Made by a program: the position numbers and the translations under genes. From NCBI RefSeq assembly GCF_009914755.1, contig NC_060934.1: a stretch of DNA of 64,000 bases; one strand, 5' to 3'. Under the pieces are notes generated by a model. The model was not told where the DNA came from and did no database searches. It saw only the letters and a list, made by a program, of their open reading frames with translations. Of this stretch, positions 33,501 through 47,414 are shown one piece after another; positions within the stretch are counted from its first letter, which is position 1, and every line of letters starts with the position of its first letter. The stretch is from the human T2T-CHM13v2.0 reference genome, Homo sapiens.

Positions 33501-33990
33501 GTTAATTGCAATTAATTTATTTTTTCAATAATGCCCTGGAGATAGGATTCTATTCACAGGGCTTGCCTGTGAATAGGTCACAGGCCTGAGTCAGGTCAAA
33601 TGAAGACAAGCTCTGCTATTGGGACTCTCAGGTAGCTGAGAGTGGGGCTTTTGGGGAAGCTCCAAAGCCTTTCTTTCCCCTCCGTGTCTGCTAAGCTCCT
33701 GTTTTTCACACCCACCATGATCCCGAGTCTTATGGTTTTCAAAGAAACCATGGACCTGAATTTAGAAGGATGGGAATAGGACAAATTAAAATACCACAGA
33801 GCTTGTTCTTTTTCTGAGATTCAGACATTCTTTTCCTTGAGTAAATACTCCTTGGATAGTTTTAGGCTTTTGGTTAATTTCCAAAGTTCTGAAAAAGTTA
33901 ATTGTGATATAGTTTGTCAATATTCTAGTTGCTTTTAGGATGATCATATTTTGGGAGAGTCTTGTTCCACCATTCTGGACACACTTCCTA
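30540..33990 (-). mobile_element. Old L1M (ORF2 5' part, ORF1 end, 5'UTR), with a small + strand L1MB 3'-end fragment at ~32853-32938
   Basis: ORF 30965-31216 IPESDRDIKRKENYRPI...QIQQHIKGIVHHNQVG; ORF 32179-32364 is endonuclease-like. Confidence 0.75.
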
Positions 33991-34014
33991 TGAGAGATAT
34001 TAATACAATTCTCA

Positions 34015-36450
34015 ATCCATCATGAAAATATCACAATCATTAATGTTTATGTACTTAATATGAGTTTCAAAAATACATGAAGCAAAACCGAATTAAAAGG
34101 TTTTTAGGCAAATTCACGATCATAGTTAAGGTTTTTAACGCTGTACTCTTAGTAATTGATAGAAACTAAAAGACAAAATATCATTAAGGATATTTTGAAC
34201 AACTTGAAAAACACAATGAATACACTTAATTTAGTGTACTTTCATAGGATAATACGTCGAACAATTGCACCACACATACTCTTAAAGCACAGATGGAACA
34301 CTCATCAAAAGAGACCATTTGTTAGGCCATAATGATAAGGAATTTATAAGAATTGAAATAATAAAATTATGTGACCATAACAGGATTCAACCAGATTTTT
34401 AAAAATTTTGGAAAACCTTCAAATACTTGATAAACAGCACACTTCTAAATAGCTCATGAATTTAAAAAGAAATAAGGGGAATTAGAAAATGCTTTACCTT
34501 TTATTACAAGGGAAATAAAATGAATCAAGACTTGTGGGATGTAACAAAAGCAATGCCTAGAGAGAAATGTATAGCTTTCACTGACTATGCTGGAAAGAAA
34601 GAAATATAAAATCAATGATCTAAACGTCTACTTTAACCAGCTAGAAAAAGGAGAAGAGCAAAGTAAAGCCCATGTGGTGGAAGGAATAAAATAACAAAAA
34701 GCAGAAATCAACGAAGTAGAAAATAGGCAGACAATAGAGAAACTTAACAAAGCCAACATTTGCCCTTTGACGAAATTAATAAAACTGATAAATTCCTGGT
34801 AAGATTTGAAAAAAAAGAAAAGAAAACACAAAATACCATTATCAGAAATAATAAAGAGCCTATCAGTATAAATCTGAAAACATCAAAAAGACAATAAGAG
34901 GACTTACTGAATAATATGAAACAATTAAATTTGACAACTTGATAAAATGGAGAAATTCTGTAAAAAAAAAAAAGTTGCCAACACTGACAAGAGACAAAGT
35001 AAGAAATCTGAATACTTACATATATAAAAGAAACTGAATTCATCATCAAAAATTTTCCTACAAAGAAATCTCTAAATCTTCTTCCACTGAGTGAGGACAC
35101 AGCAAGAAGTTGGTCATCTACAACCCAGAAGACACACCTCATCAGAACCCAATCAGGCTGGCACATGGTCATGGACTTCCAGCCTCCAGAACTGTGAGAA
35201 TTACATTTCCATGGCTTATAAACTACCCAGTCAATGGCGCTTTGTTAAAGGAGCCTAAGCAGACAATGACAGGCATGTGGGTTTCCACTGTCCCCCAGCT
35301 GCGGACCACTCTATGGACATTCTTGTACATGTTTTGTGCACATGTGTGTTTCTCTAGAGCAGCCTCTCAATTTTTTTTTTCTATTTCAACCCTTAGTAAC
35401 AAATGCATTTTACTTTGCTATCATCCCCACAAGATGTCTGAGCCTAGATAGAGTCACTGATAAGTTCTACCAGATGTTTAAGAAAAAAATACCAATGTTA
35501 CACCAACATGTTCAGAAAAGCAATGAAAGAACTCTTCCCAATTGCTGAGGCCAGTGTAACTCTGAAACCAAAACCAAACAAAGGCATTACAAGAAAAGGA
35601 AGCTACAATGTTCCTTAAGAGCATAGACACTAAATTCTTAGCAAAATTGAAGAAAATGAATCCAACAATACATAAAAATATGAACATCGTGATCAAGCAG
35701 GGTTTTTCCCAGGATTGTGTGTTGGTTTAACATTTAAAAATCATTCAGTATAATTTATCGCATTAACAGAGTAAAAGAAAAACATATAATTATCCTAATA
35801 GATGCAGTAAAAGCACTTGCCAAAATTTAACTTTACTTCTGATTCAGAAAATGGACTCTCGGCAAACTAGAAATACAAGGGAATTTCATTGATATGAAAT
35901 GTGGCTAACATGATAATGGTGAAATATGTCTGCTCTCACCAGTTCTATTCAACATTGCTCAAAAGGTTCTATCCAGTGTAATGAGGTAATTAAAAAAATA
36001 CTTAGCAAAAAGAATGGAAAAGGAAGGAAACTAAAACAATGCATTATTATTCATAGTAGGAAGTAAATATATATTATTTTAAAACTACATGGTCAGGTTC
36101 AGCCTTTATGGAGGAAACCTTGGAAATATCTATAAAAAATTTAAATAGCACATGTTATTTGATTTAGAAATTCCATTTCTAAGAATTCTTCCTAAAGATA
36201 TACTTGCACATATGTGGGATAATGTATGTACAAAAATGTCAACGTGATCCCTCTCTCTGTGTCTCTCTCTCTCTTTCAAATCTAGTAGACATTTGGAAAC
36301 AACCTAAATATTCATCACCATGGGACTGGCTATATGAGATATTCTGCAGCTGTATAAAGAATAATAATAGACACCAATATGTTCTGATATGGAACTATCT
36401 GCAAGATATTTTTGAAAGTTAAAAAAAGCCAGTTGCAAAACAGTGAACAG
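34015..36450 (+). mobile_element. Old L1ME-like ORF2/3' fragments
   Basis: Degenerate ORF2 (aaattcacgatcatagtt, catcaaaagagaccat, tgaggccagtgtaactctga, gatcaagcaggg). Confidence 0.65.
35082..35271 (+). mobile_element. MLT1A/B LTR 3' half
   Basis: gtgaggacacagcaagaag...ggacttccagcctccagaactgtgaga...ctacccagtc. Confidence 0.75.
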
Positions 36451-36494
36451 ATCTGTCTCACTCCTTTTTGAACTACGCAAATCTAGTTCAATTT

Positions 36495-36620
36495 CACTAA
36501 GGGTGGTCCAAGGACTGCCTGCATCAGGACCCTCTGGGTCCTGTTAGAAACATCGATTCCCTCCCCTTCCCCCCATCCCCCATATTGTAATGCATACCAA
36601 ATATTCGAGAGCCAATGAAT
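36495..36620. mobile_element. MER5A-like fragment
   Basis: gtggtccaaggactgcctgcatcagga...tgttagaaacat. Confidence 0.45.
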
Positions 36621-37960
36621 GAATGAATGCCGATTTGCTATCAATCCCATGTTATTCCTCCTCCCACGTTGATCTGAAATGCCTCATTGTTCACAGACAA
36701 CCAGGAACTACACTTTCTGTGCTTCATAGCTAATGACAATCACTACTGAGCAAGGCAGTGTGAGCCATTGGCCAAAGGGCGAGATACAAATGCCTCTGTC
36801 TTATTTCTGGCTCTGACTGTGACCGGGGAATGTGTGTCCTCCATGACATTTCTTTTTCTGTGCTTTGATTTGTGCATCTGCTCAATAGGGAAAATGATAT
36901 TGCAGGAAGAAAGTACGGAGCCCAGTGAGAAATTTTCTTAGAACCCTGGGTTCAAAGTAATGGGCTAAGAACTTTCTAAGGTATTCTCATGATTGTTTCT
37001 CATGATTAAAGAAACAAATTGCCATTGATCACTTTGTAGTACTGATTAATGCACAATTTTAATTTGATTTTGCTTCATTTGTTGCCTGGGGTTTTGTTGT
37101 TTTATTTATTTTATTGTTTTATTCTTTCGCAATGGTTCCCTTTGCACTGAAAACTTACCACATATTCATCCAAATTAAACTAACCTCTGGACACATTACT
37201 AGGTACTAATTTTAGATGAGATGCTGTGCTTGGTTCTATGGGGATGCCAAGGTAAGATAGAGGCTCAGTTTACAAAAATCTTCGAACGGGAGAGAAGGTG
37301 ACTGCCTAAATAAATGCAGTGTCTGACAGCTGTAAGAGCCGAGAGAGGCACAGGCAGCCTCACCTGCTGAAGTGAAGTGAAGGGCGCCAGCTCCACTGAA
37401 TGGGGAGGGCAGAGGACGAGCAGAGGATGGGAGCTCAGCTTTGTGCCCAGAGGAGGCTTTGAAGAACTGGGCGTGGTGGAGGCAGCAGCAGCACTGCAGA
37501 GGCACCAAGTCAGGAAACCATGGAGCATGCGTGGGAGAGGAGCTAAAGATAAGGTGAAAAAACCAGACAGGGTTTTAGGAGGAGAGTTCTGTTGACTTAT
37601 TGAAAAGTGTTTGATTAGATCTAGAACAAGTGAAACTAAGGAAAAAAAAAAACTCTTACAGCAAATGCTTCCATTGATAACACATTTGCTGCATTTTTTT
37701 CCCACACCACCGGTATGTTTAAGCCCAAAAGTGAGAAGATACACCTCCTGGATCATTGTTATGCTGTTGGCATTCAATAAGTATTTGTGAAAAAAGTAAG
37801 CCATTGGATAAACTGAAGCAGAAACTGAGGGCCAGAGAGAACTGCTGCTTAGGGTAAGATGGCGACACTCGGCGAGGCTGCCGGCATTGAATTCACCTTC
37901 CCCCAACACCGGACAGAGACGGGATGAGTGGCAGGGCCAAGTTTAAAGGGAGAAGTTTGA

Positions 37961-38368
<408 letters not shown>

Positions 38369-38479
38369 TGACGTCCCTAGGCAGAGGTCACAGAAACGCA
38401 GTCCTCTCTCGTTCTCTGTATCCTGGTGAAAAAGAAGTGAATGATATTATTTTGCCTGATTATAATAACAATGTTAGTA

Positions 38480-38670
38480 ATTTCGCTTAACTAGGGCTTT
38501 AGGAGTTTTTAAAGTTCTTCTGTAACATTATTTCATTGATTTTCACAATTCATTCTTTGTGTGAGGCAGCAAGGGGAAGAGTTACTTTCATTTGAATTGA
38601 CAATGAAGAAATGGAGGCCTAGAGGGATTTTATGGCTTTCCTAAGATCTGGCTGCCAAACAGAGGAGATG
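38480..38670 (-). mobile_element. MIR
   Basis: caatgaagaaatggaggcctagagggattttatggctttcctaagatc. Confidence 0.55.
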
Positions 38671-39399
38671 AGGCTCATCTTGGGTTTTTATTTATTCAGT
38701 AGTTAAAAGTCTAAATATCTTCTACATTGCAGGCACTTGCTGAATGCTGAATAAACCACATGTCCTAATTGAAGGCCCGCAGAGTCCATTGGGAAGGTTC
38801 TAGTTCATGCAACAGAGGATAGATCCATTGTACGGTACTTTCCAGTTATAAAAGCAGAAAAATCCTGGATAAGTGAAACCAAAATAAAGTCTTTTCAGAC
38901 ACAACTGAACTTAGTAGAAAGGAAGAAAAATCCCCATATTCTAGAAATGAAAAGGAAACGTAAAGCTAGAAAAGGAAGCTTGTGGTCAGATGCTTTGGCC
39001 AGCAGAGGGGCAGAATCATCTGGACAGAGAGGCTCATGGCTTGGGGCTGGGGACCAAATGCCCTTGCTGGGACGGAAGGTGGGGTCGAGGACCTGCAGAA
39101 GGCTGGAGCTGTACTGAGATATTCTATTCAGAGCTGGAACTCTGAAAGGGACATCCTTCCACGAAGCGAAGCTCAGAACAGAAGCAATGATGAAGCCACT
39201 GTCAGCCTGGAGTGTGGCGTGTGCGCACTATCAAAGCGTCAGGTGTGGGTCAGGTACAGAGGTGGTAGGGAGCACGAGCGTATATTCCCACAAGGTTTGG
39301 AAATCCCCAGAAAAGAGCATGAAATGGGACTTAGGCAGGTGCCCTGCAAAAGCAAAGGCTAAGCCACTCTTTGTGGAACTTTCCACAGTCCAGGATGCA

Positions 39400-40123
39400 C
39401 AGAGCACCCAGAGATAAATAACTCCACTGGAACATGAACTTTAAAATAAGAATAACAAACTACACAAGAAGCTATCAACTGTGAGAAAGACTCAGCAGAC
39501 ACGACACACATGAAAATAGCACATAGGAACTCAAGATTATCTATCTGAAAGAAAAGTAAGTGTGCTCTAATACTTTAAAGGGAAGAGATAAAACGACTAG
39601 AAATGCAAATGGAATAATAGAGCCTGTGTGGAAAAACAAAACAAATAAGAGAAAATCAAGCAACTTGCATTCCCAGAAGAAAAAAATTGAGTAACTGACA
39701 TAAACAAAAAGATAATGTACCAACAGATGGGACTTAACTGAAGACAATTGATTGCTTGAGTGATCAAACTGAAGAAACTGGAGATAGAAAATGCAAACCA
39801 AAGTTTTGGAAATATTGAGAAAAGAATAAGAAGCTCCTAACAGGGCAGGGTGTAGTGGCTCTTGCCTGTATTCACAGCACTCTGGGAAGCTGAGGTGGGA
39901 GGACTGTTTGAGCCTAGGAGCTCGAGACCACCCTAGGTAACATAGCTAGACCCCATCTCTACCAAAAAATACAGAAATTAGACTGTGTGATGACGTATGC
40001 CTGTGGTTACTTGGTAGGCAGAGGGAGGAGGATCACCTGAGCCTGGGGAGGTTGAGGCTGCAATGAGCTGTGATCGTGCCACTGCACTGCAGCCTGCAAG
40101 AGTGAGACCCTGTCTCAAAAAAC

Positions 40124-40166
<43 letters not shown>

Positions 40167-40380
40167 TCTTAACAGACTAACAGGAGTCCTGAAAGTACAA
40201 AAGAGAGAGGATGCAGGAGATGCCATCTCAAAGTCATCACACTTGAGAACTTTCCAGACATGATAAAGCCTCAGTTGACATTGTATATCATGTCCCAAGA
40301 AGGGTAAAGAAAAACAAATCCACACCTATGGTCATAGTAGTTAAGCCACAGAGCGCTACAGACCAGCAGGCGTGTGACAA
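39400..40380 (+). mobile_element. Ancient L1ME/HAL1 ORF1-like fragment, split by an Alu
   Basis: ggagtcctgaaag...gagaactttccagacatg...aatccacacctatggtcatagtagttaa resemble ORF1 ENFP and TPRHIIVK motifs. Confidence 0.5.
39843..40165 (+). mobile_element. AluJ with (TAA)n tail
   Basis: gggaggactgtttgagcctaggag, gaggttgaggctgcaatgagctgtgatc; (aat)n tail at 40124-40165. Confidence 0.88.
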
Positions 40381-40419
40381 AGATGAGTCCTTAGAGGATT
40401 AATCGCTGACGAGGGGCAC

Positions 40420-40900
40420 CCGAGAGGCTCCAAAGAGGGAGAGGGCAGCCACCAGGGGACGTCAGAAGCAGTGAGGTGGCCACTCCAGATGCACAATGGT
40501 GAGATGGGGAGACAGCTGGACAGGGTGCTAGAGTGAGATGAGCGCGAGAGAAGCGGCCGTGGTAGGGAAGCGGGACCTGCTCTGGGAGACTGATGTGTGC
40601 CCCTCCTGTAGGCCAAGGACAGTCACAAAAGACTTTAAGCAGAGTAGGGACTGGGTAGGATTTGCATTGTGGAAGATGCTCTGGCTGCAATGTGGTGGGT
40701 GGACAGGAAATGGGTAAGCAGGGAGGCAGGGCTGGAAGATTGTTAGCACTACCCAGGCATGAGACGGAGGCTGGGGGCCACAATGCAGGCAGCGCAAGGA
40801 GGAGGGGGCAGCGCTGGGAGGAGCTGAAAGGCATGCGGGGTGTAGGGCCTGCAGCAGGAGGGATGAGGGGCTGAGGTGACCTCCATGGGTCCCCAGATAC
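40420..40900 (-). mobile_element. L2 fragment
   Basis: ctttaagcagagtagggac...gatttgcattgtggaagatgctctggctgcaatgtgg is reverse L2-like. Confidence 0.6.
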
Positions 40901-41769
40901 AGGCCATGCAAGCTTCCCAATCTTAACAAAGTGGGTTTTACATGTCACTCTCTATTCACTATTCACTGCTTCACTGTCTGTCTTTTAATAGCCAACACCA
41001 AACATTATTGATTCACAATTATTAACTATTATGAATAACCTTGAAAAGCAATTCATGTTTAATTTTGGATCAGTGGTGAAATAGGACATTCTTTGCTAGG
41101 TAATGTGACATAATGGGAAGCAGAAGAATGCCTAAACTATTCATCTGCTCTATAGGGAGGTCTTTTTAGAAAGGAAGAAAACACTTCTCATAAATGTGGA
41201 CAGACACAGAACATGTAAGTAATAGGGATTTGTGAGGGCTTTGGGGGAAGATGATGTTTATAATCACAGCAATTTCTCAGTATCATAAATGGATATAGCT
41301 GAAATGCCATAGGCTCCTTCAGGGCCTTAGACAGCCTGGACTGGTCTTGCCCATCCTCCCCAGGTCTCCTGGGTGCATGGGGGACACACGGTTTCTTATT
41401 CCATGAATAAGAGGAGATAATAGGCGTCTACCTATAGGCAAGGCACAGGGTCAAAGAATCGGCATTACTGAATGTCCAGAGTGTGCCAGAGACTCTCCAT
41501 ACAGAAATTCTATTAATAAACGAATCTCACGTCAAGTGCGACTGTGTTATTACAGCTCTTTTAAAGGCAGGGAAAGGGGCACTTGGAGAAGTGTCTTGGT
41601 GGAAGCCCGGAGCTGAGAGAGGTGTGTGAAGCCAAGCCTGTGGGGAACCCTGCTGCAGCCCCACCCGAGTCCAGGGCTCTCCAGCAGGGGCCTCCCGCCA
41701 GCCCCTGCTTCTTCATGAGGGGTCTTGTGGGGACTGCGGGGGCTTGGGGCAGTGGCCAGGCTGGGCTCC

Positions 41770-41905
41770 CCCATGCTCTTGCTGTGTGGTCTCCAGAATT
41801 CACTTAACCTCCTGCTGCCTTGGCCCCCCATCTGTGAAATGGGGATCAAATTCCAGCGCTGCCAGTCTGTCTGCCCAGTGGAGTGGGTGATTAATGAGAC
41901 CATGG
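41770..41905 (+). mobile_element. MIR
   Basis: gctgtgtggtctccagaattcacttaacctcc...catctgtgaaatggggat. Confidence 0.65.
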
Positions 41906-44184
41906 AGGGGGTGTGTTGTGCCCTGGGGCAGACTCATTTATCATGGAGCAGAGTCCATGTTTCTTCTTCCTTCCACACCCTGCCAAAGATTAAAATAAAC
42001 AAGCAAAAGGTAAAATAAGCTAAGGGGAAATTTTCCAGAATTTTACTGCATAACATTTAATAATTTCAAACTAACTTAAGCTAAAATCCTTCCTTTTCAT
42101 TAGTAATTCCGATCACTATCTGAGAGAACTGATTTGGTTTTGGAGCTGGCATAATTCTCAAGAGTTTAAGCAGACTTAGCTTTTTATTCCCTAAGTAAAA
42201 TGGATTAGGCACAAAGTGACATTTCAAATGACCACAGTTTCCAAACACCTTAAGGGCTTTGAGGTTTTGGCCTTTCTCCAGGGAGATTCTGGGGAAGAGT
42301 TTAAATAATTCCAAACCAGCTTTCAGCTCATTATGACTTCTAACATTTAGAACTGAATAAAATTTTTATGTTTTTCTCTCAAAGCTAAGAGTTAAGGACA
42401 GAGCAGGGGTATCCATCTTTAAAAATATCATCAGCAAATACTTATATATGAGTCACTGGACTGGATACTCAGTTGCTGTTCTGTGGGGAGTGCTGTAAAC
42501 GGTGTCTGCTGGGGTTCAGGACTACAGGGAGATGTGAAAATGTTTGCAGATCATCTTGCCACATGGTGCACAGAGTCATGGTGACACCGAGGATTGCCAG
42601 GCCTCCAGGGTCAGATGCTTTAAGACAAGCACACGTAGTTGGAATTCAGGAGGGACTCATGCTCCGCTAAGGTTTCAGTCTGAGAACATTTTTGCCAGTT
42701 TCTGACACTCTCCTAGATGCTGCAGACCCTTTCATTCATGGGACAGATGTGAGGTGGGTGTGACTAGGTGCCGGGCTGTGTAACAGGGGTGGGCTGTGAA
42801 GATCAACAGACGTGAGGCTTATTTAAGACTCACATGCGCACAGGTGGGAGACAGCAAGTGGGGGCTGGGCAGGGATCACGTCTAGCAAAGATCATCCTTC
42901 CCTGCTCCAGTGCTGGGCCAGAGGGAAAGCAGATGTCCTTCCAAGAGGTGGTGAAAGTTGGGACTCTTATGTAAAGCTTCCTGAGTTTCAAATATTAGCG
43001 ATTAACTGCAAAACCATGTTTCTTTCAATACTAGGTGCTGTGTTCAGCCAACTACAGCTAGTTAGCAACCTCCCTCTAAGTTTTCTTTCTGCCCAAAACT
43101 CTCTACTTCAATCCCCAGCAGCCAGATGTCTTGCCTGTGTGTCCTGGGTGAGAATGTTCCAAAATGCAACAGCTCACTTGTGGTTCTTATTTGGTGACGT
43201 AGCTACGTCATTTCTTATAGAGAGCAGTTCAGTTATTATTTAGGAGCAGGAGTTCTAACGTGAACATATTGCTTAAGGGGGCTGATATCAAAATGTATGC
43301 ACTACCAGGCACATACATTAGCCAGTCAAGCATTCTCCTTCACATTGTCTTTTACTTCTTCATTGTTCCTTACACAGAAGCCTAGTATGCATTACTCGAA
43401 CTCTCAGTGTATTGCCACTAAGACTTTTATTTCAAAAAAAAAAAAGGGGGAGTTGAGAGCTATTTTTAGAAGCTTGTTTCCTATGTATTTCTGTGCTATC
43501 ATTTCTTTCTGTGATTAAAGCCCAAAAAGAAGGATGGAAACACTTAGGGTATCCCATCAGTAAGGTCATTAGTCCTGAATTAGATCCACATCCCATAAGT
43601 GACAGTTCCGCCCACTGTGGCGATCCTGGGCTTCTGGTGGCCTTGGCTCTCCACTGCTCTGTGGCTTTGCCAGTGGCAGTATGGCTGAAGGGGACAAACA
43701 TGCCTACAGACATAGGACTCGACTGCCCAGTACCCATTTAAGTTACCAGTTGTCTTGGAGACTTCTCTGGGTGAAGCAGAGAAGCAAAAGATTTATCGAT
43801 GTGATCAGGAAAAAATATCTTATTCCCTCTATTGCATATATTTGGGCGTGCTGGGTAGGATGGATGGGAAGGTCACAGCTCTCTTCCCCACAGCTCACAA
43901 GCTAACATAAATAGTAGACGCATCTGAAGGACTCCCCACACACACATTCCCCAAGGTCAGTGTAAGTGAGGCACGGGAAAAAATGAAGCCATCGGCTATC
44001 CCTCCTTTGGGATTGAAAGGCCACCTAGGTCTCATTGGAAACACAGTAGGTGTGGGTCTCTCACTCAGTCGCTGGTTGGCATCTGCATTTGGGGTAAGGA
44101 AGCACAGTCTGCAAGATGGCAACAGCCTGGTGTGTGCAGTTCCACTGGGGACAAGCATGAGCTGAACTCATTCTGTTTTTCATC

Positions 44185-44476
44185 TTTTCTTTTTCTAATT
44201 TGAGACAAGTTCTCATTTTGTTGAGTGCAGTGGCTCCATCATGACTCTCTGCAGCCTCCAACTCCGGGCTCAAGGGATCCTCCCGCCTCAGCCTTCCAGG
44301 TAGCTGGGACTATAGGCATGCACTACCACACATGGCTAATTAAAAAAAAATTATTTGGTAGAGACAGAGTCTTACTAGGTTGCTAAGGCTAGTCTCAAAC
44401 TCCTAGCTTCAAGCGATCATCCCACCTCTGCCTCCCAGTGTGCTGGGATTACAGGCATGAGCCACTGTGCCTGGCT
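44185..44476 (-). mobile_element. AluJ
   Basis: gcagcctccaactccgggctcaagggatcctcccgcctcagcc; ttcaagcgatcatcccacc. Confidence 0.85.
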
Positions 44477-47414
44477 GCTTTTCTTCTTGAGTAACATCAT
44501 CCTCTGCCTTGAAGAGAAATTATGGGTGTCAGAGAGAGTTCAGAAATACATCAAAGCCAGGAGAGTTATCTGTGTGGAAGCGAAACACAAGTCCACTCAT
44601 GGTACAAACCACACACCTCATATTTTAGCCTTATTTTGAATTTCTCTGTGATCCAGGGCACTTGTTATACCCAGCTGCAACTGAATATTGACAGTGACCC
44701 CTGGGGGGAGACACCAAGACCGTTTACCCTGAATACATGATATGCTTTAATGAAAGTGAACGGGACTTAACACCGGCAGAAATTGCTCGTAGTCTAACAA
44801 GACAGTTTCTCCAAGAAACTGAGATTTGCTGAAATAGGTCCTGGCTAATTACTTATTCTCTGTGTTGCCCCTTTGGTTTTAGCAGCCATCATGATTTTGT
44901 GAAAATCCAATGATACGGATATTGCATTTACCTTTAACTCTATTACAAGGAAACAGTAGCAGATTTAATCACAAACCAGAGTATTAATTGTAAGCCCAGG
45001 CTTTGCTAAAGGAATAGACCTCCAATAGGGTAAGCTACTCATTCATATGTTGGTCTTTACTTGGGTAAAAGAAAAAAAACTGTGGGTTTCAAGGTCTTCG
45101 GCGGATGGGCGCAGTGAGAGAGTATGCAAAGATATGTGCTTATTAGGGTATTCCTGAACATGCCTTCAAGAGCAAATGCCTGGTCTTTGGAAAAATCCCT
45201 TACTCGGGGGATTAGAATATCTTGTGCTTTCAATCTCTCACATTCTACTTGCCTGTGTCCTCATTAGGGTGTCACGTTTACCAGTCACCATGCAGCTAGC
45301 CCTGCTCAGATTTAATCAGCAGCAGACTTCCATCAGAAGGAAGGAAGGACCATCCCTGCCCCCTTACAGCCTCCCATTAGTGAAATATTCAGCAAGAAAA
45401 CAGAGCCAGAATGCAAACAAACAAGGTTGACCATACCCTCACTCCACTTATAACCTCCTGTGATCTTTGGCTTCTGTTCAGTAATTGCGTTTATTTTGAC
45501 TTCATTAAAAAATGTGAGAGATGGAATTTCATTTGAGTCTTAAGTTCAAAGATTTACAGCCCAGATATAGAAGAGAGAGTTGTCTTGGTGTTCTTATCAA
45601 TTTTGGGTTAGAAGTCCTGTTCTATTTTGGATGTTTCCCTGCAAAGGAGGTAACAAACGTCCCTCCATTTTCTCAGCAATATACCAACAGTTTAGAACAT
45701 ATTTCATAATCATTTTTCTCAATACTATTGTAAGTTAAGTGTGATCAGTCTTATTTTATAGATCCAGAGACCCCTCATTTTCCCAGAACTTGATTAAAGA
45801 CTCACTGCTTCACAGCTGTCACAGATTGAGATAAGCAGCTTCTTCCACTCATAGATGTCAGTCTACTCAAAGTGCCCTCTCCCTGTGCCAAACCCACTGT
45901 CCTGGGCCCACACACAGGAATGCAAACCTTGAGTCCAAGCAGTGTTGCTTATAATGGACATGTCAGGGAAGAGCCAACATGTTTGCATTTTTATGATTAT
46001 TAATTAAATCACCAATCCCATTTGATAATACTAATTCACAAAGCTACATCATTAGACATTGTTTACAAACACGTTCATGATCAGAAGCCCCATCACCTTG
46101 AGTGTTCATCTCTATGCTCTTGAATCCCTCAACCCTGCCGTCTACATGCAGCAGAGCAATGCCTCATCCAGGCCCCATCACATCTGCACCCTGAGTCTTG
46201 TCTGGCAGGGCTCCAGCAACTGAAGGGAGCCCCAAATCTGTCCCTAGCAGCGTGGCATTCTAAAAAATTACTGTGCCATAAAGCCACATGAAATATACAC
46301 CAAACTTCCAAAGAGAGATGAGAAAACTAAAGCTTAGAAAGTTTACATACCCGAACCCAGTTCAGGTTACTATTATAAATATGACAAACATGGAGGGGAG
46401 CCAAGTTGATGGGTGAAGGGTCCTCTCTCAGCTTGACGGTAGGCTGACTTGACTGAGAACATGGTAGGGAACTGCTGACATGAGACACTAGGATGTCTTC
46501 TGGGAACAGGAGCAGGACAAGTGCTGACCACAGCGGATGTGGACTAAAGATGCTGAGCCCAGCAAACATGTATCACAAAAGGGACACATGCCAGGGAAAC
46601 CCTGTGCCCTGCAAGCTGATGAAGGGCGTTGAAGGGAAGCAAATATTGTGAGCTTGTGTTTTATGCATCTCCACGCCCTCAGCTTCCAAGAGGGGGCCTG
46701 GCTCAGAAGGCGCCTGACCACAAATGCCAGGAGGTAATGCTCTGCTGATGTGTGCTAGGGCAACTGCGTGCCGGGACACCTAGATCAGAATGCTCCCCCA
46801 ACAGGAGCAACACATTTATTTTTAGGTCGCTCCTTTTTATGGTATTCTGACTGATGCACCAGATGATAACTAATCAGTATCGAAACTATTACCATTAGCG
46901 TGTACTCCTCTTTTAAATACTTGCTTTTGCTCCTCGCTGAGTCGCAAGCAAAGTCCCTAAAAGTCGACCTCAGTGATTCTTTTCTCTTTCACTGTTTTTA
47001 CAGTTTCCAAAAATGGCTCCAAAATTCAATGTGAATGGGATTGTTTTCTATTTCCTCTGCTTATTTTCATCAGATGAGGACAATAAAAAATTTGCCTTTA
47101 ATTGTCCAGATCAGTCAGGGTATTAACACCAATTTATGGCTTTGTACTAATATGTCCCATATTTAGAGTGACATACTACTTTGAAATCTAGGATTGTGTG
47201 ATTCATAAACAATGGCATCAGAGTAATTTGTGGAGCTTGTCAAAGTCTGTACCCCATGGAGCTTCATGAAGTTGAACTCATTGAGCCCTCAGCCAGAAAG
47301 CAATGGCCCCATTGTTTCTTTCACCATCCCTGCCATCGAAGAGCTTCCTAATAACTAGACACGTGCAGGAGCTGGCACGTTAGGGAAACATCAACCCCAA
47401 TTATATGAATATAC

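Noticed and set aside
25560-33990. Convergent old L1M pair as a second inverted-repeat system
   Set aside because: The elements are highly diverged and I saw no shared private variants, so there is no evidence of conversion.
37265-37909. 214-aa ORF (similarly 53179-53772, 40391-40948 and 5199-5585)
   Set aside because: Non-ATG starts, no domain-like composition, several overlapping L2/MIR-like sequence; expected by chance in 64 kb.
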